The position numbers and the translations under genes are program-made. A stretch of DNA of 64,000 nt. Origin: an uncultured Candidatus Bathyarchaeia archaeon. Its GTDB lineage: Archaea; Thermoproteota; Bathyarchaeia; Bathyarchaeales; Bathyarchaeaceae. Positions 28,911 through 37,504 of this stretch are shown here, piece by piece (position 1 is the first letter of the stretch; the number at the start of each line of letters is the position of its first letter). Where the stretch lies: the NCBI GenBank assembly GCA_964510635.1, contig CAZEBS010000005.1, positions 32,016 to 96,015 of the forward strand. The letters are read 5' to 3'. The notes under the pieces are model-generated. The model saw only the letters and a list, made by a program, of their open reading frames with translations. It was not told the origin of the DNA and made no database searches.

Positions 28911-29930
28911 TTAGGCCATCTTGCAGATCTTTTCGATCATCCGTGCCATCTTAACGGAGTAGCCCCACTCGTTGTCATACCAGACAAGGACCTTAACCAA
29001 GTTGCCCATGACCATAGTTAATGAACCGTCAATTATGGCTGAGTTACTGTTGTGTACCAGATCTGATGAAACAAGTGGCTCTTCACTATATTCCAGGACA
29101 CCTTTCAGTTTTCCTTCTGCTGCCTTCTTGAAAGCCGTGTTGACCTCATCAGCGGTAGTCTCTTTCTTCAGCACCGCCACCAAGTCAACTATGGAAACGT
29201 CAGGTATTGGAACACGTAGTGCCATGCCGTTCAGTTTTCCATTAAGCATAGGAAGCGCTAAACCAACTGCTTTAGCTGCGCCGGTGGTTGTCGGAATCAT
29301 GTTGAAGGCTGCTGATCTAGCTCGTCTCAGGTCCTTGTGTTGCATGTCAAGAAGTCTCTGGTCATTGGTTACAGCGTGAACTGTAGTCATGAGACCTTTC
29401 TCGACACCAAATGTGTCATTTAGAACTTTTGCCGCTGGCGCCAAACAGTTAGTAGTACATGAAGCCAGAGAGATTATGTTATGCTCTTTTGGGTCATAGA
29501 GGTCGTCGTTTACTCCATAAACAACTGTTAGGTCAGCGCTGGTTGCTGGACTCATAGGCGCGGAGACAAGAACTTTCTTTGCCCCAGCCTCTAAGTGCTT
29601 CGCGGCTGCGTCTCTTGCTCTAAATCTTCCTGTTGACTCAACTGCAACATAAACGTCCATGTCTTTCCATGGCAGTTTCGCGGGGTCTGGTTGTGCCAGA
29701 ATTTTCAGCTCTTTTCCATCAACTATGAGGGATGAACCTTTGACTTTTACGTCGAAGGGGAATTTTCCATGTGTTGTGTCGTTTTTCAGCATGTGCGCCA
29801 GAGTTTTTGCATCGGTTAGGTCGTTGACTGCTACAAAGTTTATGTCTGCACCTTCTTCAAGGGCTGCTCGGTAGAGGAGCCTCCCTATTCTTCCAAATCC
29901 ATTTATTGCTGCATTCACCATTTTAGTCAC
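28911..29930 (-). CDS. gap: glyceraldehyde-3-phosphate dehydrogenase, class I (bacterial/eukaryotic type)
   Basis: NGFGRIGR, the catalytic SCTTNCLAP, and WYDNEWGYS at the C-terminus. Confidence 0.95.
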   Translation of the reverse strand: MTKMVNAAINGFGRIGRLLYRAALEEGADINFVAVNDLTDAKTLAHMLKNDTTHGKFPFDVKVKGSSLIVDGKELKILAQPDPAKLPWKDMDVYVAVESTGRFRARDAAAKHLEAGAKKVLVSAPMSPATSADLTVVYGVNDDLYDPKEHNIISLASCTTNCLAPAAKVLNDTFGVEKGLMTTVHAVTNDQRLLDMQHKDLRRARSAAFNMIPTTTGAAKAVGLALPMLNGKLNGMALRVPIPDVSIVDLVAVLKKETTADEVNTAFKKAAEGKLKGVLEYSEEPLVSSDLVHNSNSAIIDGSLTMVMGNLVKVLVWYDNEWGYSVKMARMIEKICKMA

Positions 29931-30182
29931 CTTTATTCAGGGGTGCAACTGTAATCAGTTTCAGAATATTAACTTTATTGCAGTCTTTAACAGTAAGAAA
30001 AAAGAGAAAAGGGTCTATTTCTCTAGCCGAAAATGGCAAGATAATGAAGCTTTGTCACTTTCGACAGGAGAAATAGAATTAGCTAAACATTTAGGCGTTG
30101 TTTATTTTTATAGCCTAAGGAGTGGAAATTACAAGTAGGAAAAATAATGGTTGTAGTGTCAAAAAAATAGGGACAGTTTAGG

Positions 30183-30686
30183 CTACGCAACGTAATAAAC
30201 CACGTATGTAGCCCAACTACTACCTGGAAACTCGAAGTAATAGTCCTCGCAGGTTGCTCTAGCCCATGCAGTCTCTTCCTGTCCACAATAAGCTCCAGTT
30301 CCTTCTACGACAGCATGAATTGCAATAATTATATTTTCTTCAGATATATCACCTAAAGGAATAACGTAGCTAAGCCCATTCTTGTATTCGAATTTTCCGA
30401 CTTTTGGATTACCACTTTTAGTTTGAGGTATATCACTTAACACTTGACCAATAGCAACATGAGTTTCGGTTATCACCCAATCAACGCCAAAAATATCAAT
30501 ATGAAGGTCTACGCCATCGTCCCAAATTTCAGCATAGCCAGCATTGATGTATTGTCCAGCAATAAGGTCAACTACCAAAGGAGACCCTTGAGGTTCTGCA
30601 AAAGCTATAGCAGCTGTACTAAACAAACCAATGATAAATAAAGATACTATCAAAGATGACATGACTTTTTTGATTATCTCTTCCAC
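30183..30686 (-). CDS. secreted hypothetical protein (about 160 aa)
   Basis: Signal-peptide-like MSSLIVSLFIIGLFSTAAIAFA. Confidence 0.5.
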   Translation of the reverse strand: MEEIIKKVMSSLIVSLFIIGLFSTAAIAFAEPQGSPLVVDLIAGQYINAGYAEIWDDGVDLHIDIFGVDWVITETHVAIGQVLSDIPQTKSGNPKVGKFEYKNGLSYVIPLGDISEENIIIAIHAVVEGTGAYCGQEETAWARATCEDYYFEFPGSSWATYVVYYVA

Positions 30687-31038
30687 CTCCTATACGTATT
30701 AGTGACTTTTTATTTTTCAGCATCATTATTTAATATGTACGGAAATTAGTTCTATTTCTATAATAGACAAGAAAAAGCGGATTTAGGGAGTAAACTATAA
30801 CATATACACAGCCAATCTACCTATTTTATAAGAGCGAATCACAAAAATTAGCGAATCAAAACAGTTTTTCTCACAAACACAGATTAACTATTTCTACAAT
30901 CAAAAATAACCAAACACTGAAACGTTCTTCTCAACAAACAGTGTAGACAGTGCACAAGAGTGCATAAAGAAAGTGCTTAGCCGAGCAAACTAAGCAACGT
31001 AACATAAGTTGATTACAAAGAAAGAAAAAAAGGGAGAG

Positions 31039-32379
31039 TTAGCGAAGTTTTCGCAGAAGCAACTCTGCAGTCAAGACCATGGGCTCCCAAGTTTCTGACA
31101 CTGGAGGCGCATAGCAGGTTTCGGCTTTCGCAAACTCTTGGATAGTCATTTCGTTCAGTATAGCAAAGGATAGAACGTTTATGCGCTGAGTTACTTCTTC
31201 GCCGCCAATGATTTGACCACCAATCAGTTTCCCTGTTTCCTTGTCTGCAACGAGTCTGACTCTGACAGGTAATGCTCCCGGGAAGTAGTCAGCCCTTGTT
31301 TTCGAAACAATGGTTGCCGAAGCAGGTTCCAATCCGGAACGTTTAGCCATGAACTCTGTAAGTCCAGTTCCTCCAACTTCAGTGTCAAACAATCGTGTAA
31401 TCCATGAACCTAAAGCACCATTAAATGTGGAGTATCCTCCAGCAGCGTTTATTCCTGCAACTTTTGCTTGCCTTACAGCAGTGGTTCCAAGCTGACTCAT
31501 CATAGGTCTACGAGTAATTAGGTATATTGACTCGGCGCAGTCTCCAACCGCATAAACATCCTTGATGTTGGTTTCCATTCGCACGTTGGTTTTTATGCCT
31601 TGTCTTCCAAGGGTTACTCCAGCATTTTTTGCTAATTCAAGGTTTGCTCTTACTCCAGTGGCTACAACAACCACATCTGCTGGAATTACTTCTCCTGCAA
31701 CTTTGACTCCTGTGACTTTGTCGTCTCCAAGGAACTCTTCTGCTCCTTTTCCGACGATAATGTTCAAGCCTTTCTCTTCAAGGGCTTTTTGGACGTGATC
31801 AGCCATTGCTTTGTCCAGTAGCACAGGAAGAACGTATGGTAGAAATTCAACAACCGTAGTTTTTAGTCCCCGCTCAAGGCAGGCTACGGCAACTTCAAGA
31901 CCAATAAGTCCTGCGCCGATGATTACTGCCGATTTTGCTGTTTCGATTGCTTTGTTGATTTGTTTTCCATCATCTATGGTTCGAACAGCAAAAATTCCTT
32001 TTTTGTCGCGTCCCTTTATGGGAGGAATGAAGGGGTCAGCGCCTGTGGCTATGATTAAGCTGTCATAAGAAAGAGTTTCTTTGTTTCCGCTCTTGTCCGT
32101 TATATCAACCGTTTTTGCTTCCGCATCAACAGTTGTTACGGTGGTCTCAAGTAGAAGGTTCAGTTTCATCATTTTATAGAACCTTTCAGGAAAAACTACC
32201 AAATCATCAAAAGTTTTTATGTGTCCACCCAGAACAAAGGGGAGACCACAACGGGAGTACGCCGCCTTATCTTCTCTTGTTATTAGAGTTATTTCTGCGG
32301 TTCTATCGGTTTTCCTAGCTGCAGAAGCCGCATCAAGACCTGCAGCGTGAGCTCCAATAATAACTATTTTTCGCGTCAT
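31039..32379 (-). CDS. CoA-disulfide reductase / NADH oxidase family flavoprotein
   Basis: KIVIIGAHAAG, a single redox Cys in YSRCGLPF, and a second Rossmann fold AVIIGAGLIGLE. Confidence 0.9.
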   Translation of the reverse strand: MTRKIVIIGAHAAGLDAASAARKTDRTAEITLITREDKAAYSRCGLPFVLGGHIKTFDDLVVFPERFYKMMKLNLLLETTVTTVDAEAKTVDITDKSGNKETLSYDSLIIATGADPFIPPIKGRDKKGIFAVRTIDDGKQINKAIETAKSAVIIGAGLIGLEVAVACLERGLKTTVVEFLPYVLPVLLDKAMADHVQKALEEKGLNIIVGKGAEEFLGDDKVTGVKVAGEVIPADVVVVATGVRANLELAKNAGVTLGRQGIKTNVRMETNIKDVYAVGDCAESIYLITRRPMMSQLGTTAVRQAKVAGINAAGGYSTFNGALGSWITRLFDTEVGGTGLTEFMAKRSGLEPASATIVSKTRADYFPGALPVRVRLVADKETGKLIGGQIIGGEEVTQRINVLSFAILNEMTIQEFAKAETCYAPPVSETWEPMVLTAELLLRKLR

Positions 32380-32479
32380 TTACAGCTCAACCTTAGCTGT
32401 CAGATAAATAACAGGTTTTCATATTAATCTTATTCTCACTGGATACTTTGAACAGAAAATGAGCAAAAAAGGGCTAGCT

Positions 32480-32662
32480 TTACTTCTTTGCAAGAGAATA
32501 CGTACGAGTTTTTGGGTCGCTGTCGATGTCCCCGTCGCTGAAGAGTTTCTTTAGAGCATTGTATACTTTCTTTTCGGATTTTTCAAGGGCTTCTGCGATC
32601 TCAACGAGAGTCAAGGGCTTTTCCGCGAGTAACTTCACTATATCTTTATGGATCTTTGCCAT
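32480..32662 (-). CDS. small winged-helix DNA-binding protein (60 aa)
   Basis: IVKLLAEKPLTLVEIAEALEKSEKKVYNALKKL is wHTH-like. Confidence 0.5.
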   Translation of the reverse strand: MAKIHKDIVKLLAEKPLTLVEIAEALEKSEKKVYNALKKLFSDGDIDSDPKTRTYSLAKK

Positions 32663-32807
32663 TATTGATTCCAGCCTAATTGTTATACAGTAATTGTATG
32701 TCCTAGATAAAAAAATTTTTAGTGAAAAAAGTGTTTGGGCTAAACCCTCATGATGTGAACCTTAACATGTTTTTCTAGGAAAAAGAAGGCACTTATCTGT
32801 AACCCGT

Positions 32808-33233
32808 TTAACCCTCTTGTGCGAGTTCCTTGTGCCATTCCACAGCCGCATCGAAGTTGAGGATGTTTTTCAAATCTGCATCCAAGTTTGTTGGGGCTAC
32901 GATTAGAAGCCATCCCTCGCCGTAGGGGTCTTCGTTGAGTAATTCAGGTTTGGATTCGAGTTCTTCGTTTACTGATTCGATTGTGCCGCTTATGGGGGCA
33001 ATAAGGTCTGAAACTGCTTTCACGGATTCTAGTGTTCCGAAGGGTTCATTTTGGGTTATTTCGTCGCCTGCGCTGGGAAGTTCAACATATACTATGTCGT
33101 TGAGTTGTTTTTGGGCAAAATCGATCAATCCAACTTTTACTTTGTCACCTTCAACTTTAGCCCAGAGGTATTCTTTGTGGTAGTACAGGTTTTCAGGCAC
33201 TTCAGAGTCGTCTACTTTGACCATATTTTTCAC
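32808..33233 (-). CDS. gcvH: glycine cleavage system H protein (lipoyl carrier)
   Basis: YHKEYLWAKVEGDKVKVGLIDFAQ and the lipoyl-lysine motif LESVKAVSDLIAPISG. Confidence 0.9.
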   Translation of the reverse strand: MKNMVKVDDSEVPENLYYHKEYLWAKVEGDKVKVGLIDFAQKQLNDIVYVELPSAGDEITQNEPFGTLESVKAVSDLIAPISGTIESVNEELESKPELLNEDPYGEGWLLIVAPTNLDADLKNILNFDAAVEWHKELAQEG

Positions 33234-33385
33234 CTCAATCAGTTATTGTATTGTGAGTCTGTTTATCTTAAAAACGTAGCGATTCGACAAGACGAACACA
33301 AACTAGCAGAACCCAGAATGAAGTCATTGTGAGAGCGAAAATAACTTATTCTCATTAGAAGATACAGAAAAATGAGGCGACAAGG

Positions 33386-33778
33386 ATGCTTGAGCCGATA
33401 GAAGAGGCAAACGCGGCAGACTGGAAAGAGCGAATCCTTGAGGCAAAAAAATTGGTCGTAGTGCAGTTCTGGTCTCCATACTGCCCCCATTGTCGAGCAA
33501 TCAAACCAGTTTATGATGAGCTTGCAGCAGAATATGGAGATAAACTGAAGTTCACCAAAATTAATGTTACAGATAGCCCCGAAAACCAGCAGCTTGCCGC
33601 AAAACACGGCATAATGGGAACGCCTACATTCCTGTTTTTTTGTGGAGGAAGACCCATTAACGGTGTTGTTGGGGCACTTGAAAAAGAAGACTTGGCGCAG
33701 GCAATAGAGTTCACTATCGCGAAACACAGTGAGTGCAGCAAAAAAAGCACCCCCTTAAGGTTGTCGTACATCAGCTAA
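33386..33778 (+). CDS. thioredoxin
   Basis: The active site WSPYCPHC sits in a thioredoxin-fold context (VVQFWSPYCPHCRAIKPV...GTPTFLFF). Confidence 0.9.
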   Translation: MLEPIEEANAADWKERILEAKKLVVVQFWSPYCPHCRAIKPVYDELAAEYGDKLKFTKINVTDSPENQQLAAKHGIMGTPTFLFFCGGRPINGVVGALEKEDLAQAIEFTIAKHSECSKKSTPLRLSYIS

Positions 33779-33789
33779 CAGCCTAAAAA

Positions 33790-34779
33790 TCAAAGCGGTA
33801 TGTCTTCGAAAATCTGGGAACAGCAGAGAGACGAGAAAGAGATTTCCAGATTCAGTGATTCTGCCAACTGGACAGTTTCCTCGACGGGAAAGGCTATACC
33901 GTTTACTCCAGCTTTAACAGCAAGCAAATCGGTTCTTTTTCTATGCTCGCTTTTGGGTCTCATGCACCCCAAAGCAATGGGAATGTTGGGCATCAATAAC
34001 TTGGAAGTTACCAGAATTTTGGCTATGTCTTCGGGTTCGGGTGGAGTTACCTTTTCCATGGGTGTTCCGCGGATTGGCATGAAAGCTATTGCTATGACTG
34101 CCGAAGGCGAGTATTTTGCGATCATTTTCAGTGCATTAAGTTCGCCTTTCAGTTCCCCGTAATGTAGCCCTACCAGCACATGTGGAACAAAGGGAATTCC
34201 GACTTCATGGAAAGCCCTTAAAGACCTGTCATAATCTTCAACTCTGACGTCAAGGTGATACACTTCGCGGATTGTTTCGTCAGAGCCAATTATGTCGATT
34301 AATGCGGCGTCAACTCCAGCAGCCTTTAACCGTTTTGCAGTTGAAAAGGCGATTACTCCTGTGTGAACTATAACGGTTAGACCCAGATTCTTCTTTATTT
34401 GGGCGATGACGTCCACGAACCTGTCGATGGGAATGGAGCCGTCTGGAAGGCAGCCTCCGCTTATGAGGCAGCCAGCTGCTCCATCCTTTTTCAGTTTTGC
34501 ACAGACATCAAAGAGTTCTTCTGGGCTATGAACAGGAACCATGGTATCCAACACTCTGCCGTTGCAGTGCTGGCATTTGAGGGCGCAGGAGGAGCCTGTG
34601 ATTGAGATTGAAGGAAAAGAGTTGTGAGATGAACGAAAATATTTGTTCTTGTAGTAGACAAAACTTGGCGCATAGAACCGAATCTTCCCCGTCAGGTTAG
34701 GAAAAGATCCTCTCTCAATTAAGGAAACTAGCTCCTTTTTCGGCATCTGCCATACGGTCTCAGGGTCTAGGTGTGACAT
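33790..34779 (-). CDS. radical SAM protein (candidate LipS-type lipoyl synthase subunit)
   Basis: CALKCQHCNG is a CxxxCxxC motif. GCLISGG is a glycine-rich SAM motif. There is a C-terminal CC pair. It sits next to gcvH. Confidence 0.75.
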   Translation of the reverse strand: MSHLDPETVWQMPKKELVSLIERGSFPNLTGKIRFYAPSFVYYKNKYFRSSHNSFPSISITGSSCALKCQHCNGRVLDTMVPVHSPEELFDVCAKLKKDGAAGCLISGGCLPDGSIPIDRFVDVIAQIKKNLGLTVIVHTGVIAFSTAKRLKAAGVDAALIDIIGSDETIREVYHLDVRVEDYDRSLRAFHEVGIPFVPHVLVGLHYGELKGELNALKMIAKYSPSAVIAIAFMPIRGTPMEKVTPPEPEDIAKILVTSKLLMPNIPIALGCMRPKSEHRKRTDLLAVKAGVNGIAFPVEETVQLAESLNLEISFSSLCCSQIFEDIPL

Positions 34780-34846
34780 ACAGGTTTACCATCGCTGTGG
34801 TCTTCTAAAAAACTTTTGAAGTTAAATTGAGGATAACATAGAAAAG

Positions 34847-35179
34847 TTATTTCTTTAGGGGCTCAGGCTTTTTTCTTCCATCAAAGACATGATGCAATGC
34901 AAGAATTGGATGATGTAGCAACATTCGGGGTCCAGAATAGCGCATAACTTTTGTTATCTTTGCCTTCATGTCCGGTTTATAGCAATGAACCAAACATTTG
35001 CCGCAAGTTGATTTGCTCTCCTGAAAAGGGCACTTTGACAAACGCATCATCGCATATTCCTGAAGGTTTCTACATTCTGGGCAGAGTTCGTCATCAGTTC
35101 CGTGATGTTTACGGCAATAAAGATGTATCATTGCATCGACAGTTTTTTTCTCGCGTTTTATTCGAGGGCCATCAGCCAT
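34847..35179 (-). CDS. nitrous-oxide-stimulated-promoter (YgbA-like) family Cys-rich protein
   Basis: KREKKTVDAMIHLYCRKHHG...LCPECRNL..YA..RL.KCPF...K..C..C.VHCYKP.M...I..VMRYSGPRM. Confidence 0.7.
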   Translation of the reverse strand: MADGPRIKREKKTVDAMIHLYCRKHHGTDDELCPECRNLQEYAMMRLSKCPFQESKSTCGKCLVHCYKPDMKAKITKVMRYSGPRMLLHHPILALHHVFDGRKKPEPLKK

Positions 35180-35352
35180 TTTTCAGTTCTCCGGAAAAAG
35201 CCTTGGAAAAAAGGTAGGGGAAAGCCCCACATAAGAAGTTACCGTTTTTTAAAGTTCCAGAAGGTGATTGGTTCTGGCAGCATTTTTGGTAGAGATAAAT
35301 ATGGGCATCGAATTACTACAATGCAGATTTCAGAAATGTTCGGTGCCGCAAA

Positions 35353-36354
35353 ATGAGTACAGGATGCTTTCCTGAGAGAGTTCGTGTTTCCATCGGCTCA
35401 GCCATAGTCCTTGGCTTACTAAAAGGCAGGCTAGATGCTAAGCCCACAACTGCGTACCTCCTCCTGTGTCGAAACAAGAAGTGCGCCGCCAATTGTGGCT
35501 TCTGTCCCCAAGCCAAAGAAAGCAAGGGAAGAGCGGACATGCTCTCCAGAGTCACTTGGCCCCCATTCCCTACAAGACAGGTAATCGATGGTCTAGAAAT
35601 ATCTGTAAAAAGTGGCGCAATGAAGTGGGTTTGCATCCAATCACTGAATTATCCAGAAGCCTTCAATGACGTTTTTTTGTTGGTTAGGGAAATCAGGTCT
35701 AAAGTCGCGGTGCCCATTTCCGTTTCATGTAAGCCCCTAGACAGGCAGAAAATGAAAATGTGGGCAGATGCTGGCGTTAACAGGATAAGCATTGCATTGG
35801 ATGCCGCCACAGAGAAGATTTTTGACAGGGTTAAGGGAAGAAACGTGGGTGGACCGTACCTTTGGGAGAGACAACGGAAGGCTTTGAAGGAAGCAGTTGA
35901 AATCTTCGGAGAAGCATCCGTCAGCACACACCTTATTGTGGGTTTAGGAGAAACAGAGAAGGAGATTTGCCAAACTATTCAATGGTGCGTCGATTCAGGA
36001 GTCTATCCAGGACTGTTTGCCTTTACGCCAATTCCCGGAACCGTTCTTGAAAACAGTTCCCCGCCTTCCCTGAGCAGTTACCGGAGGGTTCAGCTCGCCC
36101 ATTACTTATTAACCCACAAACAAAACAGGTTTGAAGACATGACATTCGACAGCGGCGGTTGCATCACTGACTTCGGAGCATCTAAGGAACTGGTGCTGGA
36201 AGCCATAGACATTGGCGAGCCGTTTCTAACTTCGGGGTGCCCAGGATGCAATAGGCCATACTATAACGAGAGACCTGGTGGTCCACTCTACAATTATCCA
36301 AGGCAACTGCTGCCTGAAGAGATTAAGGAAGCAAAAAGGATTTTGGGGTTCTAG
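35353..36354 (+). CDS. radical SAM protein, biotin-synthase-related (candidate second LipS-type subunit)
   Basis: CAANCGFCPQ is a CxxxCxxC motif. IVGLGET is BioB/LipA-like. The C-terminus has CPGCNRPYYNE. Confidence 0.75.
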   Translation: MSTGCFPERVRVSIGSAIVLGLLKGRLDAKPTTAYLLLCRNKKCAANCGFCPQAKESKGRADMLSRVTWPPFPTRQVIDGLEISVKSGAMKWVCIQSLNYPEAFNDVFLLVREIRSKVAVPISVSCKPLDRQKMKMWADAGVNRISIALDAATEKIFDRVKGRNVGGPYLWERQRKALKEAVEIFGEASVSTHLIVGLGETEKEICQTIQWCVDSGVYPGLFAFTPIPGTVLENSSPPSLSSYRRVQLAHYLLTHKQNRFEDMTFDSGGCITDFGASKELVLEAIDIGEPFLTSGCPGCNRPYYNERPGGPLYNYPRQLLPEEIKEAKRILGF

Positions 36355-37019
36355 ACCCAGACTTTTTTGGGTTTTCTCATTAGCAGAACAACAACTGTTA
36401 TGCTGGCGACAATGGTTGTGGCAATGAAAACGTACATCAGATTTCGGGTAGAATCGGAGTCTCCGTGGACTTCTGATTTCAATTTGTTGTATTCTTCGAG
36501 GATAGATTCGTGTGTAGCACATAGTTCGTCATAATCTGCTTGAAGCTGCTCTAACGCTACATCTTCGATGTACGTTAAGACAAATCCTGAGGACAGAATC
36601 TCGAAGGACACTCCCAGCGCTTTCCAGTTACAGCTTACTTCTCCATAGGTTAACCCTGGAGAGAGGTCAGCGGGTATTGTTATGTTGTAGTATATTTCAT
36701 GAATAGCAAGGGGAACATCGTCCAGATGGTCGATTTCAGCCAAAGCAACTCTGTTTGTGGCGTTTATTACGCCATAGAGGTTTAGGGTAATGTAGTTGAT
36801 GTAAATCTGCTGTACATCAGATGCACTTGTTCGTACAGTGACAGTTATGTTGTCGCCGGGGCGGGCGTGAACAGGAGCAGCGATGTCAATTCGTAGACCT
36901 CCATAGTCTAGAGGAGTAACAGTCTGTGTTTCTTGTGAGACCGCATTGGCAACTCCAGAGAAAGCTAAAGTTAAAAGGAACACACATAACATCATTACAC
37001 ACAATTTTTTGGCTGCCAC
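36351..37019 (-). CDS. membrane-anchored extracellular protein (222 aa)
   Basis: Signal peptide MMLCVFLLTLAFSGVANA and C-terminal TM LMYVFIATTIVASITVVVLLMRK. Confidence 0.55.
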   Translation of the reverse strand: MAAKKLCVMMLCVFLLTLAFSGVANAVSQETQTVTPLDYGGLRIDIAAPVHARPGDNITVTVRTSASDVQQIYINYITLNLYGVINATNRVALAEIDHLDDVPLAIHEIYYNITIPADLSPGLTYGEVSCNWKALGVSFEILSSGFVLTYIEDVALEQLQADYDELCATHESILEEYNKLKSEVHGDSDSTRNLMYVFIATTIVASITVVVLLMRKPKKVWV

Positions 37020-37157
37020 TTTTCTTACCTCTCAAAACCACTATCCCCTCATTTCCTTCAGAGAAATATTTAACAGTTATTCCTTTCTGGAATTTGAGGC
37101 CCTATTCTAGGTTATGAAGACTACAAAATTTGCCAGAAAAAACGATTTTTGCGCAGT

Positions 37158-37388
37158 TTACCGTATTGAACGGATTAAACTTTGGTACAAATAAATGAAA
37201 TAAACTAAAGCAAAGATAGTCAAAAGAATCTCGAAGGACAGAATCGTTTGGTTCTGCTCTGTTGCCCTGAAAATCCCTGTTTGAGATATGTCCCAGAAGA
37301 CAAGCATCTGTAGAAAGATGGCGCTACTAACGCAACCAAGACCCAAACTGTGAAACAGGAATCGTAGACTGAATGGCGCTTTGCTCAT
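37158..37388 (-). CDS. small 2-TM protein (76 aa)
   Basis: ORF track. Two hydrophobic helices. Confidence 0.35.
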   Translation of the reverse strand: MSKAPFSLRFLFHSLGLGCVSSAIFLQMLVFWDISQTGIFRATEQNQTILSFEILLTIFALVYFIYLYQSLIRSIR

Positions 37389-37504
37389 TTTTATTCAGCT
37401 ATTGCTTACGCTGAGACTTTATCTCACTTATGAAAAACAAATAAAGAGAGAAAAGATGGATTTTAACTACCTATTTCTAGGCAGTTAATCTGGTGAACTA
37501 TAGG

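Noticed and set aside
30832-30865. Tandem AGCGAATCA(C)AAAA repeat in the 350-nt AT-rich spacer upstream of the secreted-protein gene
   Set aside because: There are only two short copies in low-complexity DNA, which is insufficient to call a regulatory site.
33263-33727. 154-aa minus-strand ORF
   Set aside because: It is antisense to the thioredoxin gene, which has a clear CPHC active site.
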